Of a DNA stretch of 64,000 nucleotides, positions 30,617 through 40,308 are shown one piece after another. Position 1 is the first letter of the stretch, and each line of letters opens with the position of its first letter. The position numbers and the translations under genes are program-made. The DNA is taken from NCBI GenBank assembly GCA_963700285.1, contig CAVOXA010000010.1, forward strand, positions 896,001 through 960,000, in the 5' to 3' direction. The notes beneath the pieces are model-generated. The model was given only the letters and a program-made list of their open reading frames with translations, was not told the DNA's origin and made no database searches. The DNA comes from an uncultured Chloroflexia bacterium. GTDB taxonomy: Bacteria; Chloroflexota; Anaerolineae; JAAYZQ01.

Positions 30617-30685
30617 GTGTACCTCCGTGTTAGAAAAGCCAGATGTCATATCGGGCCCCAGTATACCAGGGGTGGGGTTGGGCTG

Positions 30686-30717
30686 TCATCCAACTTTGGT
30701 TGGATCGTAGGTTGGAT
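30686..30717 (-). promoter_or_regulatory. Putative operator: three ATCCAAC/GTTGGAT boxes upstream of a -10 (TATACT)
   Basis: ATCCAAC 30688-30694 inverted with GTTGGAT 30699-30705, plus a direct copy at 30711-30717. Confidence 0.55.
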
Positions 30718-30755
30718 TTGGCGGCTGCCGGGAGGGCGCAGTAGCTCCGCCGCGG

Positions 30756-33596
30756 CTACAGCAAGCCCAGTGCCCGGGCCTGGGCGATGGCCTGGGTACG
30801 GTTTCGGACGCCCAGCTTGCCATAGATGCTGTTGGTGTGGGACTTGACGGTGCTCACGGCGATGAAGAGCCGATTGGCGATGGCCTGGTTGGTCAGGCCG
30901 TCAGCGACGAGGCGCAGCACCTCCAGCTCCCGCTCGCTCAGAGGCTCGACCAGCCCGCCAGCCGGCTGGCGGCCCCACGAGGTGCGGGCCTGCTCATCGC
31001 GGGCCTGGGCCGCGCCAGGGTCAGGGGGAACCCTGGGTTCGGCGGCGGCAAAGGCGGCCAACAGCTCAGCGGTGTAAACCAGCAGCCGCCCTGGCTCTGG
31101 ATCACCTTCCGCCACAGTTTGGCCCGCGAGTCGAGGCCTGAGATCGGAGAGCAGAGACCGCAGTGGCTCACCTTCGTCCAGAAAGGTTCGCAGGTACCCC
31201 TCCGGCTCGGCGACGGCCACGGCTTTGGTGAGTGGGGCCACGGCCCGGTCCTGGTCGCCCTGGGCACGGCGGGTGAGAGCCTGGAGAACCAGGATCTCGA
31301 TCGTGCGCCCCAACAGCCCTTGCGTCTCGACCGCTTCCAGCAGACGGGCGAGCAAGCGGCCAGCGGCGCCGTCCTGGCCCAGGGCAAGTAGCGCGCGCGC
31401 CAGGGTGCTGTATCCCCTTTCACGGAGGGGATTGATCTCCCCTTCTGCGTCCAGGCCACAGTCGCGTACCCAGCGTTCCACGGCGGGAAGATCGCGCTGG
31501 ATCACCGCCAGGCGCACTTTGCCAGCGGCGACGCTGGCCGCGGCCATTGGATGGAGACCCTCTGCCAATCGCTCTGCCTTCTGCATGGCGTCGTACGCCC
31601 CGGGGAGGTCACCTTGGGCACGGCAGAGCCAGGCCACAGCGACATAGTCGCCGGTCAGGGCATCGGCGTTGCCCCACAGCCGGCCCAGTTCGATGCTCCG
31701 CGCCAGGTGGTGGGCAGCGGCCTCCAGATCGTTCCACTCATATAGCACCACGCCCATCCCCGAGTGGGCCTGGGCGGCAACGGGCGAATGGCCGGCCATT
31801 TCGAGCGCCCGCCGGTAGGCGTCGAACGCACTGTGGAGCCGCCCCTGCTGCACCTGCAGGTCGGCCAGCAGAGTGGAGGCAGGCACTGCCAGGTGGATGT
31901 TGCCGGAGACCTTGCCCATCTCGCTGGCCTCAGCGAGGGCACGTGCAGCGGCGGCCAGATCACCGCCCACAAGGTGAGCACCGCCCAGGGTGAAGGCCAC
32001 GACGCTGCGCACCACCAGGTTCCCCTCGTCGAGCAGCGCCAGCGCCCGGTGTGCCAGGTCGACGGCGCGCGGTATCTCGCCCCGCTGCGCGGCGACGTAG
32101 GCGCGGATGGCGGCAATTTGGCCCGGTCGATCGTCCAACGGGCCAGCCTCCGCCCCGGATTCGGCAGCCTGGAGGCTGGGTTCAACCTCATCGATCTGGC
32201 CAGAAAGGGCCAAAGCCCAGGCTTGGTAGATACAGAGCCGGGGCCGGGACCGGATGGCTCCGGCGGGCAGTGCTCCCAGCCAACCCAGGAGGGCGGTCAT
32301 TTCGCCACACTTGAGCATCTGCAGGCCGTGTTCTTCCACCAGGTCCGCTGCCCGTTCGAAAGCCCTGGCGTCGAGGGCGTGGCCTATCGCCTCGACCAGG
32401 AGACCCTGGGCCTCGAACCACAAGCTGGCCCGGCGGTGCAGTTCGTCCACCGGTGCGCACCCCAATTCGGTCCCCAGCCGCTCCAGCCGGCTGCGCAGCA
32501 GGTCGGCAAAGAGGCGGTGGTAGCGGTACCAGCGTCGCACCCCATCCAGCGGGACGATGAATAAGTTGGCCCGCTCCAGTGCCTCCAGGGTCTCCTGCCC
32601 ATGATGGGCCCATCATGGCCGATGGGGGTCATCCTGCAGGCCGTCTTGGCTGCCAACTGCGCCAGAGCAGACTGTCTCGCAGAGGGATCCTTCCAGGCGG
32701 TCGAGGATGGAGGTCTGGAGCAGGAAGCGCTTGAGATTCAGCGGTTGCTGCGAAAAGACCTCCTCCACCAGGTAGTCCAGCACAAAGCGGTGGCTTCCGG
32801 TGAACTCCTGAATGAAGCGCGGGATGTCGCCACCAGGTGCGGAGGCGGCCGCCTGGAGGGCGATGGTCGCCAGCTGCAGGCCGGTGATCCACCCCTCGGT
32901 GCGCGCCTCTAGCGCGGCAATCTCCGCGGCCGAGACAGGCAGGCCCGCCACATCTCGGAGGAGGGCGGCAGCCTCGTCTTCGGTGAAGCGCAGGTCGGCG
33001 ACACGTAGCTCGGTTAGCAGGCCCCGGCCCCGCAACCGGGCTAGGGACAGGTTTGGGTCGGAGCGGCTGGCAATGACCAGGTGTGGCCCATGCGGTGGGG
33101 CTGGCAGGTGGTCGAGCAGAAAGGCCACGACCTCGTGGACCGCCCGGGCCTTGATAAGGTGATAGTCGTCAAGGACCAGGACGACGGGAGGGTCAGTTTC
33201 CTGGCTGGCTGCCGGAGCGGTCAGGTCACTGACCAGGGACGCCAACACCGACTCGACGGGCGGAGGCTGCGGGGAGCGGAGCGCTTCGAGCAGGCCCTCG
33301 CGAATGGGCAGGTGCAGGGTCTGGAGGGAAGCGCAGAGGTAGGCCAGGAACCGCGCCGGATCGTTGTCTCGTGCATCCAGCGATACCCAGGCCGTCCGCA
33401 GGGCCGGCATACCTTCACTCCGGCTCTGGATCCACTCGACCAGCAGGGTCGTCTTGCCAAAGCCAGCAGGGGCAGAGATGAGCGTAAGCTTGCGCCCCAG
33501 TCGCAGGCTCTCGTCCAGCCGCTGGATAAGGCGGGACCGGGGTACCAGGCCTGGTCTTGGCGGTGGGATATAGACTTTCGTCATGAGCAACGGCAC
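30756..33596 (-). pseudogene. MalT-like LuxR-family regulator interrupted by a single in-frame TGA (32613-32615)
   Basis: TKVYIP, SAPAGFGKTT, LVLDDYH, TEGW, YRYHRLFAD, C-terminal LSERELEVL...TVKSHTNSIYGKL; the two ORFs share one frame. Confidence 0.85.
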
Positions 33597-33707
33597 AGGT
33601 TCCCTCCGACGAGTTCGCCCCTGTTTGGCACATCGCCTGTAGAAGGCCCATTATACCATTCACAGACCACCCCGCAAAAACGTTCTGGAGCCAACGTCGC
33701 CCTGTTG

Positions 33708-34553
33708 CTATCCAGCGTAGCAGTAGAGACACTGGTGGCAGCGCCGCCACTGGCCGTACAGGCCCACGTCGAAATAGGCAGCACAGCCGCAGCCGCGCCG
33801 GCTGCCTGTTGTCTGCGCCCGACCGGGATCGCTGCCAGACAGGGCGACGAACCAGCCGTGGTCGCCACAGGCAGCAGCCTGCAGACCCGGCGCCTGCCCG
33901 GCCAACCCTGCTGACTCGGCGCAAGCGGCCATACTCAGCCCAAACTCACCCGCAGCTTCGACCAACCGGGCTGCGATCTCCAGCCGCCATGCCTCGTCGT
34001 AGCCCGGCATGCCTCCGTCCCAGCCTGGCAGCGCAGCCCCCAGACGGGCGTCGACCCGCTTGTAGCGGCCCGGCGCTGCGACAAAGTTCAGGATGCAACG
34101 CCTGATGCCCAGCGCTGCCGCCTGGCCGGCCAGGCGCCGGAAGCGGTCCAGCCGGTATACAGTGGGGATGATGGGGTCAAACCGCCATTTGACATGGTCC
34201 GGTCCACCGGCCAGCGCGATCAGGTCCGCCACCCCGGCAAAGGGTACAGCGGGCGCCAGGGGCTCCCAACGACTGCCGCCCAGGCCGGTAACCGTAACCT
34301 GGGCGGCCAGGGTTGTCCCCTGGCTCATGAGCCGCCGCAACAGGGGAGCCCCTCGTGCCAGGGTGCCGGCGGCATCCTTGGTCCAGAGTTGAATGATCCA
34401 GGGAGCGCCGTAGGCATTGACCACGGCGCGCAGGTTGTCCCAGACCCGTTCGATGCGCGCCGGGTCGGTGCGCCGCGTCACATCCAGGATCGTAGCCTCG
34501 CCCACCCGTTCTATGTAGCGGGGATAGTTTTCCAGCCGAAATACAAGGCTCAT
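33708..34553 (-). CDS. DUF1848-like protein (radical SAM/SPL-related Fe-S protein)
   Basis: VTRRTD, LWTKD, WRFDPII, ACAE, C-terminal GCGCAAYFDVG...CHQCLYCYA; start taken as ATG 34553. Confidence 0.72.
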   Translation of the reverse strand: MSLVFRLENYPRYIERVGEATILDVTRRTDPARIERVWDNLRAVVNAYGAPWIIQLWTKDAAGTLARGAPLLRRLMSQGTTLAAQVTVTGLGGSRWEPLAPAVPFAGVADLIALAGGPDHVKWRFDPIIPTVYRLDRFRRLAGQAAALGIRRCILNFVAAPGRYKRVDARLGAALPGWDGGMPGYDEAWRLEIAARLVEAAGEFGLSMAACAESAGLAGQAPGLQAAACGDHGWFVALSGSDPGRAQTTGSRRGCGCAAYFDVGLYGQWRRCHQCLYCYAG

Positions 34554-34660
34554 GCTGCCCGACTCCGGATTTGTTGCCACGAGATGGAATCGCCGATCCC
34601 TTCGATTGTAGCACAGGCACGATGCGCACGCAAAGAAGGCAGTCCGATCAGTGCCCCATT

Positions 34661-34689
34661 TTGACATGGTGCTGCGTTCGGGCTATAAT
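34661..34689 (+). promoter_or_regulatory. Perfect consensus sigma70/sigmaA promoter
   Basis: TTGACA (34661-34666), 17 bp spacer, TATAAT (34684-34689). Confidence 0.85.
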
Positions 34690-34743
34690 GGTGTTCGTGC
34701 CGGTACAATGTGCTGGCACACAATTCTGACAGGAGGTGAGCCG

Positions 34744-34800
34744 ATGTGCGACAACCGATCAAGCATGATCAGCGTCTGTAGTGCATCGTGTGATCGGTAA
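34744..34800 (+). CDS. Putative leader peptide MCDNRSSMISVCSASCDR
   Basis: AGGAGGTG RBS at 34731; ATG to TAA; lies between the promoter and the terminator. Confidence 0.65.
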   Translation: MCDNRSSMISVCSASCDR

Positions 34801-34831
34801 GACCCTTCTGACCGTTAGTACAAATCACCAG

Positions 34832-34863
34832 CCGTGGGTGCGCTCGACGCCCGCGGTTTTTTT
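34832..34863 (+). terminator. Intrinsic terminator in the ABC-F 5' leader (attenuator)
   Basis: CCGTGGGTG-CGCTCGA-CGCCCGCGG hairpin followed by T7, upstream of ATG 34929. Confidence 0.8.
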
Positions 34864-34928
34864 GTTGGTCGTAGTGTCCTGGCCAACCTTGGGCGTGCAG
34901 CATCCCGGCGGTAGCTGGGAGCGAAAAG

Positions 34929-36593
34929 ATGCTTCAAGTTAGCAACCTATCCAAGACATTCGGCGACCATCTGGTCTTTGAAAAGGTATCCTTCACCATC
35001 AATCCTGGGGAGCGAGTGGCGCTCGTCGGGCCCAACGGTTGCGGCAAGACGACGCTGCTCAAGGTTATCCTGGGGGAGATCCAGCCCGACACCGGTAGCG
35101 CCAGGCTGTCCCCCGCCAGCGCGCAGGTAGGCTATCTGGCCCAGGCGCTGGAATATGAGCCCGGCCAAACGGTGGGCCAGGTGATGGTACGTGCCATTGG
35201 TGGCCTGACCGGGGCTGAACAGCGGTTAGAGTCCCTCCACGCCGAGATGGCCATGGCAGAGGGTGAGGTGCTGCGGTACTTGCTGGCCGAGTATGAACAG
35301 GCCCTCGCGGATTTCGAGCGTTTGGGCGGCTACACCATCCAGGCGCGCATGGATGCCGTGCTCGACGGGCTGGACCTCCGTGGGCTGGATCCGGCTGACC
35401 CGGTGGACATCCTCAGCGGCGGCCAAAAGACTCGGCTGGGGCTGGTTCGATTGCTCCTATCCAGCCCCGACTTGCTGCTCCTCGACGAGCCGACCAACCA
35501 CCTGGACATCGACGCGCTGGAGTGGCTGGAGGGCTTTTTGCAGCGTTATGCGGGCGCGGTACTCATCGTCTCCCACGACCGGGCCTTTTTGGACCGCACG
35601 GTGGGCGCCATCCTGGAACTGGACCCGCTCAAACACACCGTCACCGAGTATCCCGGCAACTATACTGCCTATGCCGGTGCCAAAGAGAGGGAGCTGGCCA
35701 AGCAGTGGGCCGCCTACAAAGACCAGCAGGCGTACATCGCCCACCTGGAGGGCACCATCGCAGCCAGGAAGGGCTACGCTCGTTCCATCGAGCTGGGGAC
35801 CATCGACTTTGCCCCGCGCAAGATTGCCAAGGGCATCGCCCGCAAGGCCACTGTCCAACAGCGGCGCATACAGCGCCTGCTTGACTCGGAGGCGCGCATC
35901 GACAGGCCGCAGCGATCTTGGCAGGTAAAACTCGAGTTCGCAGACACCCCGGCCAGTGGCCGCGACGTGCTCCATCTCGAAGGGCTGACCATGGGCTTTG
36001 GCCGCGAGTTGCTGTTCCGGGACGTGGATCTGACCCTGCGTGCGGGCGAGCGTATCGCCCTGGTGGGCCCCAACGGATCGGGCAAGACGACGCTGGCGCG
36101 CCTGATCCTGGGCGAGCTGGCGCCGGTGGCCGGTCGCGTGCGCCTGGGAGCCGGCGTCAAGCTGGGCTACTATGCCCAGGAGCAGGAGGACCTAAAACCC
36201 GCCAGCACGCCCTACGAGGCCATCCGGGCTGTGGCGCCCTTGACCGAGACCGAGGCCCGCAGCTTCCTCCATTACTTTCTATTCAGCAAGGATGAAGTGT
36301 TTGTTCCGGTGGGCAGCCTGAGTTTTGGCGAGCGGGCGCGGCTGGCCCTGGCCCGGCTGGTGGCCCAGGGCTGCAACTTTCTCCTGTTGGACGAGCCCAT
36401 CAACCACCTGGACATCCCCTCGCGCAGCCGCTTTGAGCAGGCTATGATCGCCTTTCAGGGCACGGTACTGGCCATCGTCCACGACCGGTACTTCATCGAG
36501 CGCTTTGCCACCAGCTTGTGGGCCATCGAAGGGAAGACGATCCGTGCCTATGGCAGCCTGGAGGATATGCGGCGGGTTCGGCAGCGGAGATAG
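34929..36593 (+). CDS. ABC-F family ATPase (ribosome-associated; possible ribosomal protection protein)
   Basis: Two ABC domains (GPNGCGKTT, LSGGQ, LLDEPTNHLD; GPNGSGKTT, LSFGE, LLDEPINHLD), helical linker, no TM segments. Confidence 0.93.
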   Translation: MLQVSNLSKTFGDHLVFEKVSFTINPGERVALVGPNGCGKTTLLKVILGEIQPDTGSARLSPASAQVGYLAQALEYEPGQTVGQVMVRAIGGLTGAEQRLESLHAEMAMAEGEVLRYLLAEYEQALADFERLGGYTIQARMDAVLDGLDLRGLDPADPVDILSGGQKTRLGLVRLLLSSPDLLLLDEPTNHLDIDALEWLEGFLQRYAGAVLIVSHDRAFLDRTVGAILELDPLKHTVTEYPGNYTAYAGAKERELAKQWAAYKDQQAYIAHLEGTIAARKGYARSIELGTIDFAPRKIAKGIARKATVQQRRIQRLLDSEARIDRPQRSWQVKLEFADTPASGRDVLHLEGLTMGFGRELLFRDVDLTLRAGERIALVGPNGSGKTTLARLILGELAPVAGRVRLGAGVKLGYYAQEQEDLKPASTPYEAIRAVAPLTETEARSFLHYFLFSKDEVFVPVGSLSFGERARLALARLVAQGCNFLLLDEPINHLDIPSRSRFEQAMIAFQGTVLAIVHDRYFIERFATSLWAIEGKTIRAYGSLEDMRRVRQRR

Positions 36594-36868
36594 AAGACCG
36601 CGCAGTGGCTGCCGCCTTCCCCTCCTCGGCCAGAATCGGGAACTGAGGCTTGTCTTTATGTACAATCTAGGCTACAATAGGGGTGCGCACAGCGTCCTAC
36701 ATGGTGACCGCGTCAGCCGGACTGGTGTGTAAGTATGTTCTTGCTCTTCCTCCCTAGCAGCGTTCTGGAGGTACTAGAGATGACTTTGAATATCGCTTCC
36801 CGCCAAAACCAACTTTCGACTCTGATGGGACGACCTCATAGATCACTAGACAAAGGAGGTAGGTATTC

Positions 36869-37711
36869 ATGAAAGCGCGGTTACTCCATCTTCTGCCATG
36901 GATTTGTGTGTGGTGCTTGCTGATTGCTGCGAGTCCTACCAGCGTAGGGACGGCTCAGACGACGAGTGTGGCTGGGCGGCCAGCGGTGCATAGCTATGCT
37001 GAAGAGTTAGAATATGTCGGTCAGGTTGGTGGTGTAAACTTGGCAGTCGCCGTGCAAGGAGCCTATGCCTACGTTGGAGAAGGTCCGCGGGTAACCGTAC
37101 TGGACATCTCAAATCCAGCCTCACCAATGCTGGTAGGCAAAACGCCTCCGTTTTCTGATATTGTGCGGGACATTGGCGTCGCCGGAGACCATGTTTACGT
37201 TGCCGCTGGTGCTAGCGGACTGCATGTCGTGGACGTGTCGATGCCATCGGACCCCACCGTAGTGGGTACCTACGATAGCCCGGGGCAGGCCCGAGGCGTG
37301 GCAGTAGTGGACGCTCATGCCTACATAGCTGACGAGCTGCAAGGAATGCGGGTGGTGGACGTCTCGACACCGTCGGCCCCCAAAGAAGTAGGCGCGTACG
37401 AGACGCTCGGGGGCGTTTGGAGCTTGGCCATAGATGAAGGGATTGCCTGCGTGGTTGGTTTAGGCCCTTACCTGCGGGTGGTGGACGTCTCCACGCCGTC
37501 GGCGCCCAAGGAAATAAGCGCTTACGAGACACCTAGCGGGCCTATCCACAGTCTGGTCATGGCTGAAGGGTTCGTCTACGGGGGGGGCTGGGACGATGGC
37601 ATGGTGGTGGTAGATGTCTCGACGCCGGGGAAAAGGATACCAAACAGTTCTGATGCTTCCAGAAGACTAGGTCATGGGCTGGTTTGGGCAAAAGTCCCCA
37701 AGATGGTATAA
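36869..37711 (+). pseudogene. Secreted LVIVD-repeat protein, apparently C-terminally truncated
   Basis: Signal peptide; repeats VLDISNPASP, VVDVSMPSDP, VVDVSTPSAP; the fifth repeat breaks off into unrelated sequence. Confidence 0.65.
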
Positions 37712-37747
37712 TGCTCCTCAACTTGACTCAAGGAGCCAACTAACCGG

Positions 37748-38608
37748 ATGGATCTGGAGCAAATACTTAATACAATCCAGCCATTTCTCGTCATGTTTGT
37801 GGCACTGACCGCCGCTTTCCTGACGGCGATATGGATCAGCGCCATCATTTGGACCTTCCGCGACATCCGTGCTCGCACACGCGACGTCTTTGCCCAGGTT
37901 CTGGCCACCCTGATGGTTTTAATCTTTTTCCCCCTCTTCCCCCTACCTGGCATGATCCTGTACTTCATCCTCCGTCCCCGCGAAACGCTGGCCGAGATCT
38001 ATGAGCGCACGCTGGAGGAGGAAGCCTTGCTGCAGGGTATCGAGGAACGGCTGGCTTGCCCGAGCTGCAACCGGCGCATCGACGAGGACTATGTCGTCTG
38101 TCCCGCCTGCCATACCCGGCTGAAGAAGGGCTGCACCTCCTGCGGCCGGCTGCTCCACCTGAGCTGGACTGTCTGTGCCTACTGTGGTGCAGCGCAGACC
38201 ATGACCCAAACGGTGATCCCACCCCGGCCGGTGGCCATGGCCATAGAGTCCCCGGCTGACGCGCCGGCGCTGCCCGAGCCTGAGGGTGGGGCTCAGGGTG
38301 AAGTTGAGACCGGCGACAACTCTGATCTGACGGCCGAAGCGGAGGCTGCGACTCCTGAACTAGAGGATGAACCAGGACTAGAAGCTGAAGCTGGGCAATC
38401 TGCCGGACCTGATTCTGAGCTAGGATCAGGGGCTGAGGCTGATGTTGAGGCTGGGCCAGAGCCTGTGGAGGAAGTCGAGTCCGATCTTGGGGCTGAGCCG
38501 GAGCCAACGCTTGAAGCGGACACGGCCAGTCTCGAACCAGAATTCGAGCTAGAGATAGACGCCGAGCCGGCAGCGGACGCTGAGATAGTCGTTCCCGAAG
38601 AAGGTTAG
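37748..38608 (+). CDS. Membrane protein with double zinc ribbon and acidic disordered tail
   Basis: Two TM helices; CPSC/CPAC/CTSC/CAYC; Glu/Pro/Ala-rich C-terminus; TGGTATAAT and AGGAG upstream. Confidence 0.82.
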   Translation: MDLEQILNTIQPFLVMFVALTAAFLTAIWISAIIWTFRDIRARTRDVFAQVLATLMVLIFFPLFPLPGMILYFILRPRETLAEIYERTLEEEALLQGIEERLACPSCNRRIDEDYVVCPACHTRLKKGCTSCGRLLHLSWTVCAYCGAAQTMTQTVIPPRPVAMAIESPADAPALPEPEGGAQGEVETGDNSDLTAEAEAATPELEDEPGLEAEAGQSAGPDSELGSGAEADVEAGPEPVEEVESDLGAEPEPTLEADTASLEPEFELEIDAEPAADAEIVVPEEG

Positions 38609-40116
38609 GTCCTTCGAGCCCTGCGTCGACGGAGGGCAGTTCGCAGCACTTTGTGTTCGCTCCAGGGTGTCTCTAGGGTGCCATAGCACATTGATTGTTC
38701 GTGCCCTTTGCCGCAAGCGATGACCAGGTCGCCGGGCTGGGCCAAGTCCACGGCAAACTGGATCGCCTCAGCCCGATCATCCACGCAAAAGTAGCCCTGC
38801 CCCTTTACGGCGCCCGCCTTTTCCGCTCCGCGGGCCATCTCGGCCAGGATCGACGCCAGCGGCTCGGTGCGGGGATCCTCGGCGGTAAGAACCGTTACAT
38901 CGGCCAGCCGGCCACTGATCTCGCCCATCCACGCTCGTTTGGCCACGTCGCGCTCCCCGGCGCAACCAAAGACCGCGATAACCCGCCCGCTGGTCAAGGT
39001 CCGGGCCGTCTCCAGCGCTCGCTCCAGCGCGTTGGGTGTGTGGGCAAAGTCGATGATGGCCAGGAAATCCTGGCCTTCGTCCACGCGCTCCATACGCCCG
39101 ACGATGCCCTTGACGGCCCATACCCCTCGTTGGATGGCGTCTATGGGCACGCCCAGGGCCAGCGCCGCGCTGGTGGCGGCCAGGATGTTGGAGACGTTAA
39201 AGTCGCCCAGCAACGCCGTCCGCAGTTCAAAATCCTCCTCCGGGGATTGTACTGCAAACCGGGTATCGGTAGCCGAACGCCGGAGGCCAGTGGCCACGAT
39301 ATCAACGTCTCCTTCTATGCTGTAGGCCCATTGCCGGTCAGCCGGGATGGATCGCAGGTAGCGGTAGGAATCATCGTCAGCATTCAGCACCGCGACCTTG
39401 GGCACGCCTGGCTTGCGATATCCCGCCATCAGGTGCCGGAAGAGCATTGCTTTGGCTTCCCTGTAGGCCTCTCGTGTGCCGTGAAAGTACAGGTGGTCGT
39501 GGGCGACGTTGGTGATTGCAGCCAGGTCGAAATCACAGGCGGTCATGCGATGCTGGGCCAGGCCTTCCGATGTCGCCTCTAGCACGGCGATCTCCATCCC
39601 GGCACTGACCATCTCGGCCAGATAGCTCTGTACGTCGGGGGCATCGGGGGTCGTCGTGTGCAACCCGGTGTCCATCACCCGATCGCCGATGGCGGCATTC
39701 ACGGTGGTAACCAAGCCTGCCCGCAGGCCGGCGGCGGTGAGAATACTGTGAAGCAGGTTGCAGGTGGTGGTCTTGCCATCGGTGCCGGTCACTCCCACCA
39801 CCGTGAGTTTGCGAGCGGGAAAGCCGTACCAGGCCGCCGAGAGATGGGCCAGGGCCTCCCGGCCGTTGGGGACAACGACGAAGGGGGCGCCCAGCCCTCT
39901 AATCTTTCTTTCGGCCACTACTGCGACGGCGCCCTTCTCCAGGGCCTGGGGGACAAAGTCATGGCCATCGACCGCTACGCCGGGATAGGCGACGAACAGG
40001 CTGCCTTCCATCACCTGTCGCGAATCACAGGTGATGGACGCGATGGAGACAGCCGTATCTCCCCAGGCCTTGGCTCGGGGAAGAGCCCTAATCAGATCTG
40101 CCAGGTGAACTGCCAC
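38605..40116 (-). CDS. murE: UDP-N-acetylmuramyl-tripeptide synthetase
   Basis: DSRQV, GVTGTDGKTTT, TTPDA, EATS, DFAHTPNAL, VFGCAGERD, EDPR, GKGHE; GTG 40116 with GGAG. Confidence 0.93.
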   Translation of the reverse strand: MAVHLADLIRALPRAKAWGDTAVSIASITCDSRQVMEGSLFVAYPGVAVDGHDFVPQALEKGAVAVVAERKIRGLGAPFVVVPNGREALAHLSAAWYGFPARKLTVVGVTGTDGKTTTCNLLHSILTAAGLRAGLVTTVNAAIGDRVMDTGLHTTTPDAPDVQSYLAEMVSAGMEIAVLEATSEGLAQHRMTACDFDLAAITNVAHDHLYFHGTREAYREAKAMLFRHLMAGYRKPGVPKVAVLNADDDSYRYLRSIPADRQWAYSIEGDVDIVATGLRRSATDTRFAVQSPEEDFELRTALLGDFNVSNILAATSAALALGVPIDAIQRGVWAVKGIVGRMERVDEGQDFLAIIDFAHTPNALERALETARTLTSGRVIAVFGCAGERDVAKRAWMGEISGRLADVTVLTAEDPRTEPLASILAEMARGAEKAGAVKGQGYFCVDDRAEAIQFAVDLAQPGDLVIACGKGHEQSMCYGTLETPWSEHKVLRTALRRRRARRT

Positions 40117-40189
40117 GTTCGCTCCGACGCCATAGGATGAAAGAGAACACATCACTCAGATGGCAACTGCAGGTGTCAATAGGCTAAAC

Positions 40190-40277
40190 AGTATAATCCA
40201 AAGAGATTCATCCGTCAAAAGCCTGGCCAATACCTGAAATGGCCTTGTTTGCATGGCGGGGCTGTTCGTGTTAGAAT
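40190..40277. promoter_or_regulatory. Back-to-back sigma70-type promoters
   Basis: Minus strand TTGACG-17-TATACT (40218-40190) for murE; plus strand TTGCAT-17-TAGAAT (40249-40277). Confidence 0.6.
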
Positions 40278-40308
40278 GAGATATGTTGATTCCCTGTGAG
40301 GTACTGCT

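Noticed and set aside
32613-32615. In-frame TGA as selenocysteine
   Set aside because: It lies in a variable linker of a non-redox regulator, no conserved Cys is expected there, and the hairpin includes the codon rather than following it like a bacterial SECIS.
36780-36860. c-di-GMP-I riboswitch-like words (AAACC...GGGACG) before the LVIVD gene
   Set aside because: The GAAA tetraloop, GCAAAGC and P2 stem are missing.
37220-37630. Regularly spaced GTGGACGTCTC-like direct repeats suggesting a CRISPR array
   Set aside because: Degenerate, in-frame codons of LVIVD protein repeats; no cas genes in the window.
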